From the sequence record OR896834.1: a stretch of DNA of 64,000 bases. The stretch is one strand, 5' to 3'. Position numbers and translations under genes: made by a program. The first letter of the stretch is position 1; every line of letters begins with the position of its first letter. Positions 9,908 through 18,769 of the stretch are shown piece after piece. The notes below the pieces were generated by a model that was not told where the DNA came from, did not search any database, and saw only the letters and a program-made list of their open reading frames with translations. The DNA is from Escherichia phage Baret.

Positions 9908-10204
9908 TTATCGGCCTACTGGAGAAGCACGATCTAACTCTGATTGGAGGCTAGTCACACGACGGACTTTCTCGACAGGAATAAAACGGAAGCTATCATT
10001 AGTACGAGAGAAGACAAGGATCTCATCATCTTTCGCTTTACGAATACGTTCACGTTTAATACGCTCAGCCAGATATTTATCTTGGGCTGGATCAAATTCC
10101 ATCGTACCCTGAAGGTACGTGGTTCCTTTCTGACGAAGTTTCTCGTAATGAAGATAAAACTCACCAAATTTTTCACATTGTGCGATAATTTCAGCTTTGG
10201 TCAT
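9908..10204 (-). CDS. hypothetical protein (98 aa)
   Basis: Track ORF, terminator immediately downstream. Confidence 0.5.
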   Translation of the reverse strand: MTKAEIIAQCEKFGEFYLHYEKLRQKGTTYLQGTMEFDPAQDKYLAERIKRERIRKAKDDEILVFSRTNDSFRFIPVEKVRRVTSLQSELDRASPVGR

Positions 10205-10240
10205 AACTGTGTTCCTTTTGTTGGTGGATTTATCTAAAAA

Positions 10241-10651
10241 TTACTTAGTGATAGCTCGGATTGCTTCTGCCAGATGAGCAGCCGCTTTACCAGTCAGTTT
10301 GTCGATAATTGCATCATCCAGAAAATCTGGTGCTAAGCCAGCATCAGAGAATGCTGAACGAAGATCGGCATGAGCTTGGGCTTTGGAAGTACGAGAACCA
10401 CCAGAAGCTTTTTCTCCAGTAGATGCGCTAGATTTAGAAGCAGAGCCAGCAGCTTTCTTGATATACACACCTGCTTTAGTTAGCTTCATACGAAAACCGT
10501 TCGGAGTTACACCATTTTCCTGGGCAATTTCGCTAACAATTTCCATGCTAACACCCGGACGTTCATCCTCTGGGAATTGCTCCATACGAGCAACGTATTC
10601 GGAAGACATTTTTTCGAACAGTTCATCAGTCCACTGAGTTGGAGTAGTCAT
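10241..10651 (-). CDS. hypothetical Ala/Gly/Ser-rich protein (136 aa)
   Basis: Track ORF; own promoter upstream. Confidence 0.5.
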   Translation of the reverse strand: MTTPTQWTDELFEKMSSEYVARMEQFPEDERPGVSMEIVSEIAQENGVTPNGFRMKLTKAGVYIKKAAGSASKSSASTGEKASGGSRTSKAQAHADLRSAFSDAGLAPDFLDDAIIDKLTGKAAAHLAEAIRAITK

Positions 10652-10708
10652 ATTTTATATTTCCTTAATTAATAATTAAACAGAATAGTTCTTTCAAACT
10701 ATGAGAAT

Positions 10709-10737
10709 ATTATACCAAGAATTATAGGATTAAGCAA
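10709..10737 (-). promoter_or_regulatory. sigma70 promoter (TTGCTT-17-TATAAT)
   Basis: Minus strand ttgcttaatcctataattcttggtataat. Confidence 0.65.
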
Positions 10738-10757
10738 CTGAAATTTTTCTGTAATTG

Positions 10758-11045
10758 CTACACATCTAGCTCAACGATCTCCCAATCATCCGCCAGAGCT
10801 TCTTCTAGGGTTAGGGAGGAGGTTTTCCATGTTGCGTCTTTTATATCGAACTTGGTATACCCATCTTCATTGGGCCACCAGGTAAACTCGACAATATCAT
10901 TATTATCAACATCTACTTTTATAATGGTAGAGTAATAAGTACGAGCGTCCCAATTACCCCAGCTATCCCGCTGGAGATATTTTACATCTCCATCTTTAAG
11001 CAAATCTGTTAGCTTACTCACGGCGTTTTCCTTTTTCTTTATCAA
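10758..11045 (-). CDS. hypothetical protein (95 aa)
   Basis: Track ORF; overlaps upstream gene end. Confidence 0.45.
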   Translation of the reverse strand: MIKKKENAVSKLTDLLKDGDVKYLQRDSWGNWDARTYYSTIIKVDVDNNDIVEFTWWPNEDGYTKFDIKDATWKTSSLTLEEALADDWEIVELDV

Positions 11046-11718
11046 GCTTCAGGGCGGCCTTAACAGCTTCGTTAATCAACGTAATAATTTCTTCACGAGT
11101 CCACTTGTACCCTAGAGATTTTACGTCAACCCCTAACTTTTCTAGATGCTTAACAGAGGCCAACTCGTAATTCATATAATGGACGTTCTGTTGTTTGCCT
11201 TCCGATAGAAGCCATACACGGTAACAACCAACAGGATTATCCATTGCTTTTTTGATTTCACCGATACACTGGTATCCAGGAACCCAAACAAGCTCACCAA
11301 CTGCAAATTCTTCTGCTACAGCATCATCAGGAATAATTGGAGGATTCAATGGATCTACAATATCGTTCAAACGAAGTAGAGCACCATATCGTTCCAGAAC
11401 AGATTTAACCATTGCTACAGAGCGGTAATTACGATCGGCAATTTCTTCAAAAGAATCACCAGATAAATACTGCTCAATAACGTTAGCTAACTCAATGCCT
11501 TCAATGAGTGTGCCACGTTTCTTTTTCTTCATTTCGGCAACTTGAATCTGGCGGTCTTGCCATTCTTCAATCATTCTTTCCATAGTTGGATTAGATGATA
11601 CGCCGAGCATTTCACACGCTGCTTTCTTAGTACCACCGTTCTCCAGATGCTCTATAACCTTTTTAAAGACTTCATCCGGGATTTCATGGATATGTTTCTT
11701 TCTACGAGAACCAGCCAT
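11014..11718 (-). CDS. HTH-containing early protein driven by PN25-like promoter
   Basis: Starts MAGSRRKK; HTH-like TKKAACEMLGVSSNPTMERMI; preceded by GAGAGGAG RBS. Confidence 0.6.
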   Translation of the reverse strand: MAGSRRKKHIHEIPDEVFKKVIEHLENGGTKKAACEMLGVSSNPTMERMIEEWQDRQIQVAEMKKKKRGTLIEGIELANVIEQYLSGDSFEEIADRNYRSVAMVKSVLERYGALLRLNDIVDPLNPPIIPDDAVAEEFAVGELVWVPGYQCIGEIKKAMDNPVGCYRVWLLSEGKQQNVHYMNYELASVKHLEKLGVDVKSLGYKWTREEIITLINEAVKAALKLDKEKGKRRE

Positions 11719-11749
11719 ATTTAAACTCCTCTCTCAAATTTATGAATCT

Positions 11750-11778
11750 ATTATACAGAAATTTTTTGCACTATGCAA
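11750..11778 (-). promoter_or_regulatory. PN25-like strong early sigma70 promoter
   Basis: Minus strand aaaaatttatttgcatagtgcaaaaaatttctgtataatagattcataaatttgagagaggagtttaaatATG; closely resembles the classical T5 PN25 promoter. Confidence 0.8.
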
Positions 11779-11786
11779 ATAAATTT

Positions 11787-12029
11787 TTACGATTCCTTGA
11801 GCAAAGAAGCAAGTTCAGCATAGACTTTATCTAATTCAAAGCCGATGCGAAGAGACACGTTTGTTTTCCGTTGTTTAAGTAACCACTCGGATATGTTAGG
11901 GATGCCAGCTAATCTAGCAGGAACCACCCTACATAGCTTTTCCGAAGTATCGTAAACAGGAACTTTACGCTCTTTTACTGGGAACTTCCTTGTTTCCCAT
12001 TTTTTATTCTTCACTGTCATTTCTAGCAC
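11787..12029 (-). CDS. hypothetical protein (80 aa)
   Basis: Track ORF. Confidence 0.45.
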   Translation of the reverse strand: MLEMTVKNKKWETRKFPVKERKVPVYDTSEKLCRVVPARLAGIPNISEWLLKQRKTNVSLRIGFELDKVYAELASLLKES

Positions 12030-14793
12030 CTAGCTCTGCCATTGCTTCATCATGCATATGTTTCTCCTCATCAGGCATAAACTTATAAGGAATTGGCATA
12101 CACTCGATTTTACAATAGGTTCTGTACCAGTCTACAATATTTTCAGTGTTCATATCCTTACCAATACCCATCATACCAAGATACATTCTAGCATATTTTG
12201 GGTTAGCACTCTGACCTGTTTTAAGGAAGAAGTCCTTCTTCTTACCTTTCAGAGCTTCTATGAATGGTTTGATAGTGACGTTTGAACACTTCTTAATATC
12301 TTCCCAAAACATCTCGTGCATTTTATGGAAGAATGCCGCTCGATCATTAGGTTTATCCTTGATATATTGTTCAACATGCTCAACTGTTACATCTTTAATA
12401 GACTCAAGATGATAATAGCGAACAAGAAGTAGTTTAGCTTCATACGCATCCGCATGACGTGGAGCACAATAATCAGGAGTTGAATGTAGAATAGCTTTGA
12501 TTCGCTCTTCCATATATTCTTTCCCTGCACCTTCAATAGTTCCCCAGCTTTCGCTGAAAATATCAATAGTTGCACCCTGATCAAGCAAGTAATAACGTAA
12601 AGTACTAGTATAATTTCTAGATTCCAGCTCTCTACGACGTGCATATAATTGCTGTGCTAACTCCAGCCAGCCCTCATCAATATTATATTGTTCAGAACCT
12701 GCAGAGAATCCACTCGTAGATTTATCAATAAAATAATAGATATTCTGAGCACCACGGTCGCGCCTGATTGCTTGAAAACGCATGTTTGGCGCTTGGTTAC
12801 TGGTTCTAGTAATAACGAATACGTTATCAAAATAGTTGAAGTCAACCCCACTCGTTACGGATGGACTACATAATAAGCAATCAATTTGTTGATCAATCAG
12901 CTCATTAGTTGTGTAATCCAGAATACGTCTAATATCCACATCAGACGTAGAATTTGAGTGGATTTCCTTAACTAACGCACCCGTATTACGACGTAATGCC
13001 ATACCCTTCTCATTCAGCTCATCAGGGGCACAATCAGATACCAGAATAGATTTCTCACCCATCTCTAGAGAAGTCTGAAGTGCAACCCAAATACTGGATT
13101 CATCAGGAAACTCATAAGCATGAGCTTTTGACAGCATTTTACGGTGATGATTATAAAATGCAACCGGTTTATCAAACTCGATCAAAGAACCATATGCTTC
13201 AATTGTTTCTGCACTAATATCACCATCTGATAATATAATGATTTTTGCAGTTGCAAGAATATCCCGAAGAACCTGAATACATTCACGACGTTGTTTAACA
13301 ACCGGGGCGAATAGTAGGTCATTCATTACTGCATCACATTCATCTATAAAGATTGCATCAATTTGACCAATAAAACTCTTGAACTTATGCAAAGAGTGAA
13401 TAGTTGTGGACATACGGTCAATAGCACCACGCTTAAAATTAAGCATATCTACAGACTTATCATATTGTCCTGCACTAAATTTCTTAGCATTGGAAGATAC
13501 CAGTGCTCGAGTATTGGTAATTGCTAAGAAATTACCTTTAATAACTCTTGAATCTAACCAACGCACAACCGCTGTAGTTTTACCTGTACCTAGACTCGCT
13601 TTTACAAAAGTCATATAACCTTCTGGTGGCACAGTATTTAATTTCAAGAAGTTATCAGTCTCTAAAGAGTTAGTTTCTAGCTTTTTGAGTGGAATACCTT
13701 TTAAAACATCCGGTATATCACGTTTAGAATTATTAACAAATGCTTTTAGAGCCTGTTTACGACCATTATTAAAGTAGTCTTGAATATTACGACTATTATC
13801 TTTAGTTGCAATATATTCTGATAAGGCTGGACGGATTTCTTTTTCTAGCCATGCAAAATCAACACCATCCTCTAAAGCCCTGTGATAGAGTTTAGGAATA
13901 ATACGTAGATACACTCCATCCTCAGCTTCTTCTAGTTCGCTGATGGTTTCTTCTACTTTATCAGAGGCAGCTTTTTTACCCTTAATTTGGTCGAGTAAAG
14001 AGTAGAACTCTTCTTTAAACTCACCTCTAGTTGTTTCATAGTCAACCAGATTATTGGGTAAATTTACTTTAGAACCCTTAACAAATACCAGACGTGAAGC
14101 ACCCTCCGCTTTAAACGGATCTACTATACCATCGGTAAATAACGGATCTGCAAAATAATGGAGCTGTACGGAAGAGTAATAAGCTAAGTCGGCAATATCA
14201 AAGCCATACTTTTGTCTACTACTTTCGTTGATAGATGTAAATAAGAATTTGATTTGACCCTGAGTTACTTTAACATTAGATTCTAGTATTAAGTGCATTC
14301 GGATACCTGGTTTTAGCCCAGCCGAAGATGATGCATGAGCGATAAACCCTGCATCAAGAGGAAACATATCCTCACTAATACTATTTAACATTCTAATAAT
14401 ATGTCGAGCCATGCCAACAAGATCAAACTTGTTACAACCACCTGTATCTACAATACCATCCACGTCCATTGCAATTATATGACTTGGGTTAGATACATTA
14501 AAGTTGCCCTTCTTACGTCGCACATTATTTTTAGGTGCAAGACATCGACCTCGTACCGCAACGATATGAGGGTCAGACGTTAAACGTCTCATAAGAGGAA
14601 GCATTTCTACTAGGGTTTGAGGATCAACTTCGTCAATTACATCAAACTTGAAGGGCATTGAAGCTGGTTTACCTTCAGGATGCTTTGAGGAAAATCTTTT
14701 AGCAAAAAGATAATCTTCTGCTTTAACTTCTCGCCAATTGCCTGTGGCTAAATCGCGATGAAATCCTGCATGACCTTGTAGGATTGAAAACAC
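12004..14793 (-). CDS. large P-loop/SF2-type ATPase, replication origin-binding-protein-like
   Basis: Walker A FVKASLGTGKTT and DEAD-like IFIDECDAV; start set at GTG preceded by AGGAG (track TTG start at 14871 lacks RBS); start uncertain. Confidence 0.55.
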   Translation of the reverse strand: MFSILQGHAGFHRDLATGNWREVKAEDYLFAKRFSSKHPEGKPASMPFKFDVIDEVDPQTLVEMLPLMRRLTSDPHIVAVRGRCLAPKNNVRRKKGNFNVSNPSHIIAMDVDGIVDTGGCNKFDLVGMARHIIRMLNSISEDMFPLDAGFIAHASSSAGLKPGIRMHLILESNVKVTQGQIKFLFTSINESSRQKYGFDIADLAYYSSVQLHYFADPLFTDGIVDPFKAEGASRLVFVKGSKVNLPNNLVDYETTRGEFKEEFYSLLDQIKGKKAASDKVEETISELEEAEDGVYLRIIPKLYHRALEDGVDFAWLEKEIRPALSEYIATKDNSRNIQDYFNNGRKQALKAFVNNSKRDIPDVLKGIPLKKLETNSLETDNFLKLNTVPPEGYMTFVKASLGTGKTTAVVRWLDSRVIKGNFLAITNTRALVSSNAKKFSAGQYDKSVDMLNFKRGAIDRMSTTIHSLHKFKSFIGQIDAIFIDECDAVMNDLLFAPVVKQRRECIQVLRDILATAKIIILSDGDISAETIEAYGSLIEFDKPVAFYNHHRKMLSKAHAYEFPDESSIWVALQTSLEMGEKSILVSDCAPDELNEKGMALRRNTGALVKEIHSNSTSDVDIRRILDYTTNELIDQQIDCLLCSPSVTSGVDFNYFDNVFVITRTSNQAPNMRFQAIRRDRGAQNIYYFIDKSTSGFSAGSEQYNIDEGWLELAQQLYARRRELESRNYTSTLRYYLLDQGATIDIFSESWGTIEGAGKEYMEERIKAILHSTPDYCAPRHADAYEAKLLLVRYYHLESIKDVTVEHVEQYIKDKPNDRAAFFHKMHEMFWEDIKKCSNVTIKPFIEALKGKKKDFFLKTGQSANPKYARMYLGMMGIGKDMNTENIVDWYRTYCKIECMPIPYKFMPDEEKHMHDEAMAELGARNDSEE

Positions 14794-14894
14794 AACAATA
14801 CTCCTGTGTTGAAAATGAAATAAGTTTTCTTTAGGACTATTCAGAAAGAATAGAACAACTGTTACTGTCAATTTCTCAACAAATTAATCGCAAA

Positions 14895-15290
14895 TACTGA
14901 AGGGGGGTGGCAACTTCCCCTTTCACGCTACACTGCCGCTTCACTATACCGCACAAATCCTTGAGGATGGCCGCTAAGCCAGATTTGCTCACCTAATGCT
15001 TCATGTACTAGCTCATACTAGATGCAGTATACCTTACGTCATCACTTCTCAGAGTTTTTCACTCTTCCCGTCTCACTTCACAACCACCTCACACTAGGTT
15101 GCTTCGAGGCCTTACCAGGGTTCCTACGGGATGTAGATCGCTAAGTATTCTATTAACTATTTGTTTAAAAACTAACACGTAACAGTTAAAACAACCCTTA
15201 ATGGGGCAGCCTAACTGTTCCGTATCGCGGATTGTAAACAAGAAAAATTAGCAAAATCAATTTTTACTAATGTCTCTCAATTCAATATAA
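14895..15290 (-). other. ORF-free promoter-to-hairpin unit (candidate ~370-nt noncoding RNA or long leader)
   Basis: Promoter at 15293-15321 fires into ~400 nt with no ORF over 10 codons; GC hairpin AAGGGG...CCCCTT at about 14893-14918. Confidence 0.3.
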
Positions 15291-15292
15291 AT

Positions 15293-15321
15293 ATTATATC
15301 AAGATTTTGGGCATCCTGCAA
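15293..15321 (-). promoter_or_regulatory. sigma70 promoter (TTGCAG-17-TATAAT)
   Basis: Minus strand acttgcaggatgcccaaaatcttgatataatatttatattgaattgagag. Confidence 0.6.
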
Positions 15322-15363
15322 GTAAAATTTTCCGGATGGTGCTATCATTGGTCTTGAGTACGG

Positions 15364-15390
15364 ATAAAACCGAGCCAAAATGACTCGGTT
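15364..15390 (-). terminator. Rho-independent terminator
   Basis: CCGAG...CTCGG hairpin followed by TTTTAT on minus strand. Confidence 0.5.
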
Positions 15391-15397
15391 ATGTGGA

Positions 15398-15595
15398 TTA
15401 GACGCTTAAAATACTTCTAATCTCTTCTATATACTTACCTACTTTTTTAGCATCTACTTTACTTAGTTTTCCTATATCAAAATCAGGATCAGTAAACATT
15501 CTAGCTATCTCTATCTCTAGAGACTTACTAATTTTCCCGGTAGTATTCCACTTAGAAATCTTACCTTTTATTTTCCAAAATTCCTTATTCATCAT
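15398..15595 (-). CDS. hypothetical protein (65 aa)
   Basis: Track ORF. Confidence 0.4.
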   Translation of the reverse strand: MMNKEFWKIKGKISKWNTTGKISKSLEIEIARMFTDPDFDIGKLSKVDAKKVGKYIEEIRSILSV

Positions 15596-15977
15596 TTAGG
15601 CCTGGAACATAAATCCCAACACGGTTTAATTGTTCTTTAGCTTCTTTGAGAATATCTGGAGTGTACTCCCAAATATCATCTTCTACCTGTAAAAGATGGG
15701 GCGAACAACCGTCATCAGGCACACGACATATGGCCAAACCACGTGGATGGAATATAGAGAAGTTTAGGGCAACAATTAAACCCATAGCAGACAATTCATT
15801 CCAATCCAATTCCCATTCCCTAGCGTAGCCTGATAGGAAAACACCAACACAGGGATCATCTATTTGCTGCTCTGGAAAAGTGAAGGAGGCTTGTCTTACC
15901 CCCAACCAACGTTGTAGCAGCTTCTCAGCACGCTTCACCAAACTAGGATCAATCTGACGCCAATATACTTGTTCCAT
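15585..15977 (-). CDS. hypothetical protein, tandem paralogue A
   Basis: Shares W-x-ELD-x-MGL-x-ALN...PGL pattern with adjacent ORF 15987-16415. Confidence 0.55.
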   Translation of the reverse strand: MEQVYWRQIDPSLVKRAEKLLQRWLGVRQASFTFPEQQIDDPCVGVFLSGYAREWELDWNELSAMGLIVALNFSIFHPRGLAICRVPDDGCSPHLLQVEDDIWEYTPDILKEAKEQLNRVGIYVPGLNDE

Positions 15978-15986
15978 TCTGCCTCC

Positions 15987-16415
15987 TTAAGCAGTTAAAC
16001 CTGGGATCATATACCCGAAATGGCGAAGTTTCTGAATCCCCTCATTCACTTCTTCCGGTGAGTAAGACCAACCATAACGTTCATTAACCTGAAAACCAGG
16101 AGATTCACTAGTTTTATAGTTAACAACTAGGCGATGCTTAGCAGGCATAAACAGCTTATAGTTTAACGCAAAAACTAAGCCCATTTCGTCTAACTCTTTC
16201 CAGCCCACAATCTCTTCAAGACCATCCTCTACCTGCACAATTAAACCAATACAGGGGGCCTCATCAATATCATCCTTAAAAGCAAAGGAGATTTCGTTAT
16301 TCTCACACCATATTTTCAAAGAGTTAATAGCCTCATTATACAGGCTAGCTGGGAGAGTACGCCAAAAGTTAACCAAAATTGGGTTAGCTTCTTTAGAGAA
16401 TACATTATTGAACAT
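15987..16415 (-). CDS. hypothetical protein, tandem paralogue B
   Basis: GWKELDEMGLVFALN...GYMIPGL aligns with the neighbour's WNELSAMGLIVALN...GIYVPGL. Confidence 0.55.
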   Translation of the reverse strand: MFNNVFSKEANPILVNFWRTLPASLYNEAINSLKIWCENNEISFAFKDDIDEAPCIGLIVQVEDGLEEIVGWKELDEMGLVFALNYKLFMPAKHRLVVNYKTSESPGFQVNERYGWSYSPEEVNEGIQKLRHFGYMIPGLTA

Positions 16416-16417
16416 AT

Positions 16418-16924
16418 TTACACCTTAAATTGTTGTAAGGATTTACACATTTCAATATCTGGGCTAAATTCTAGCATATAGCTAACAGCTTTTAAATCTT
16501 GAAGATTTATCCCAGTCCTACCGTTGACTATAACCGTTGGATACTGATACATCATAGCACCAGCATCATCAAGCACACACCAATGTTTGAGCTTATGCTT
16601 TTCAACGAAACGGAGAACAGAATTACCTCTAGATAGCCCACCCCCAGTAAAATCAGTTGTACCAAGAAAACGATCGATAAGACCTAATCCGGTCATAATC
16701 TGAACGTTCTCCATCTCATTCCTGACAGAGAACCATGAGGATACTCCAACAATCATTATCGGAGAAGGACGAATAAAATCCTGAAAAGCCTTGAGAAGCG
16801 GTTTGAAAACCCAGTCACTTCCAAAGAAAATCTTTTCATTATCAGGTGCATGATGATGGGAGATGCTCGAATTGAGCACCCCATCAATGTCTAGAAAAAT
16901 AATTGGAGTATTACTTATTTCCAT
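16418..16924 (-). CDS. HAD-superfamily phosphatase
   Basis: Motif I IIFLDIDGVLN (DxDG); later VLDDAG. Confidence 0.6.
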   Translation of the reverse strand: MEISNTPIIFLDIDGVLNSSISHHHAPDNEKIFFGSDWVFKPLLKAFQDFIRPSPIMIVGVSSWFSVRNEMENVQIMTGLGLIDRFLGTTDFTGGGLSRGNSVLRFVEKHKLKHWCVLDDAGAMMYQYPTVIVNGRTGINLQDLKAVSYMLEFSPDIEMCKSLQQFKV

Positions 16925-17093
16925 TTTTGTTCCTTTCTAAGAACGTATCATACTCAACCGTATCAACATATATAACACCATAGTCATCAGATTTATAGTC
17001 CATTTCCCACAGCTCACAACGATAGCACCAACTACCGTCCGCCCATACAAATATATCATCAGGGTGTGTATACACAGATTTAATTATGGACAT
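16911..17093 (-). CDS. hypothetical protein (60 aa)
   Basis: Track ORF, overlaps neighbours. Confidence 0.35.
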   Translation of the reverse strand: MSIIKSVYTHPDDIFVWADGSWCYRCELWEMDYKSDDYGVIYVDTVEYDTFLERNKNGNK

Positions 17094-17938
17094 ATTTGTT
17101 TCCCCGGCACATAAGGTCTACCCTCTAAATGGGCTTCTACACGAGCGATAAAATCAGGGTCATTGAAAGCATCTACCGCACCTTTACTCCAGTAAGAGAT
17201 ACCACGTTCTTCCAGCTGGTACATCTCACTACGAGTCATACCTTGATAGCCAGGTTCCGCTGCGAGGGCACTATCATAGTAGTTAACAACCATAAGTTTC
17301 GCAGCAGTCAAATTAAGAACAGGAAATAATTCCCAGTAGAAGTTAATTACTTGGTTAGAGCAACCAACCACAATGATCATATCTTGACTGGTAATACCAT
17401 CAAAAATATTGTACATTTCTGCATACGCTGGAGCATGCTCCCCAAAGAAGATTACATTAGGTTTAACCCATTTATAATCATCTGGATCAATAGAAGTGTA
17501 CCCTACATCAATAATCCGTTTATTGCTACTATTGTAGCTATCAGCTACAACAACCTCTTTTAAATATCCGTGAATGTGCAGAATGTCACTATGTGGAACG
17601 CCAGCACGCTCAATAAGGTCATCAACGTTGGTAGTCAAGTTTACTACCTGACCTGGATATTGTTTATACCATTCACCAATACGCAAATGTGCAAGATTGG
17701 GTTCAACAGTTTTTAGCTCTTCACGACGTTTGTTGTAAAACATATGGGTTTTATGGTAAAAATTACCACGAAAGGCATGAATATTACATACTTCTTCTAG
17801 ATCATAATCATCCCACAGTGCTTTACCACTAGCAGTATCAGTACGAAAAGCTCGTACACCACTTTCAACACTCAAACCCGCACCGCTAATAATAATTAAT
17901 CTACGCATTTTCCACCTGTTCTCTGAAGTTTTGCCCAA
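17084..17938 (-). CDS. Sir2-like NAD-dependent deacylase/ADP-ribosyltransferase family protein
   Basis: GAGLSVESGVRAFR, TTNVDDL and HIHG resemble sirtuin GAGIS-ESG-FR, TQNID-L and H-G motifs; no zinc-ribbon cysteines. Confidence 0.55.
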   Translation of the reverse strand: MGKTSENRWKMRRLIIISGAGLSVESGVRAFRTDTASGKALWDDYDLEEVCNIHAFRGNFYHKTHMFYNKRREELKTVEPNLAHLRIGEWYKQYPGQVVNLTTNVDDLIERAGVPHSDILHIHGYLKEVVVADSYNSSNKRIIDVGYTSIDPDDYKWVKPNVIFFGEHAPAYAEMYNIFDGITSQDMIIVVGCSNQVINFYWELFPVLNLTAAKLMVVNYYDSALAAEPGYQGMTRSEMYQLEERGISYWSKGAVDAFNDPDFIARVEAHLEGRPYVPGKQICP

Positions 17939-18122
17939 TACTGTCTAATAGCTCAGCTAATTCTTTATTGCCTTTCTCCATTAAGGTATTAGCAATAACT
18001 TCTAGCATATTAGCGCAGGATTCAACACCATCCTTATAGCCAGTTTCCCAATACTGCATTAATGCGTTTTCCAAAGCGGCATTTAAACCCTTATCTGGTA
18101 GCATCGGCTTCGAGAATGCCAT
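17901..18122 (-). CDS. hypothetical protein (73 aa)
   Basis: Track ORF. Confidence 0.4.
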   Translation of the reverse strand: MAFSKPMLPDKGLNAALENALMQYWETGYKDGVESCANMLEVIANTLMEKGNKELAELLDSIGQNFREQVENA

Positions 18123-18315
18123 AAAGTTTCTCCTCTAGTTCCATAACACGATTTTCATAAGAAGCACGCAACTTTTCAATTGCCAGCGCACGCACTGTAA
18201 CCTCATTAGAATTAATAGCTAACTGGGCTAGGTCTTCTGTTTCCATACGTCCGTTGTAAATTAAGCGATATTTAAGGTGTTTCACATTCTTAGTCATTAT
18301 TAAACTCCACTGCAA
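18091..18315 (-). CDS. hypothetical protein (74 aa)
   Basis: Track ORF. Confidence 0.4.
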   Translation of the reverse strand: MQWSLIMTKNVKHLKYRLIYNGRMETEDLAQLAINSNEVTVRALAIEKLRASYENRVMELEEKLYGILEADATR

Positions 18316-18670
18316 CTGTTTCTAGGTCTTCATCAGAAAAACTAGAGTATACATCTTTAAGATATTGTTTAATACTCCAAGTAATATCTTCGTACCCATG
18401 GGGGCTACGTTGGTACACTTTTAGCACTCTATTATACACAAATTCAAGATTACATTTTACTTCATCTCTGTCTTCATCAAACAAGCAATATGGATTATAA
18501 GGTGATACATCTAGATTTGTTCCCACCCAATCGCCAATAATTGATGAATATCCAATACCCTCTAGATGGGAATAATCTCCAGTAGATGCAAAAATAGCTT
18601 CTCTAAGATCGTCTACGCCAAGATGGAAACTACCACATGTAGACTCAACTATATAGGGCTTTAATTCCAT
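18290..18670 (-). CDS. hypothetical protein (126 aa)
   Basis: Track ORF; promoter upstream. Confidence 0.45.
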   Translation of the reverse strand: MELKPYIVESTCGSFHLGVDDLREAIFASTGDYSHLEGIGYSSIIGDWVGTNLDVSPYNPYCLFDEDRDEVKCNLEFVYNRVLKVYQRSPHGYEDITWSIKQYLKDVYSSFSDEDLETVAVEFNND

Positions 18671-18698
18671 ACCTTTCTCCTATCAAATTTATAAATCT

Positions 18699-18727
18699 AT
18701 TATATATAAATTTTTGGCTGAAAGCAA
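18699..18727 (-). promoter_or_regulatory. sigma70 promoter (TTGCTT-17-TATAAT)
   Basis: Minus strand ttgctttcagccaaaaatttatatataatagatttataaatttgatagg. Confidence 0.6.
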
Positions 18728-18769
18728 ATAAAATAAAAGCCAGGTCGACTAGCAACCCGGCTGATTAGC

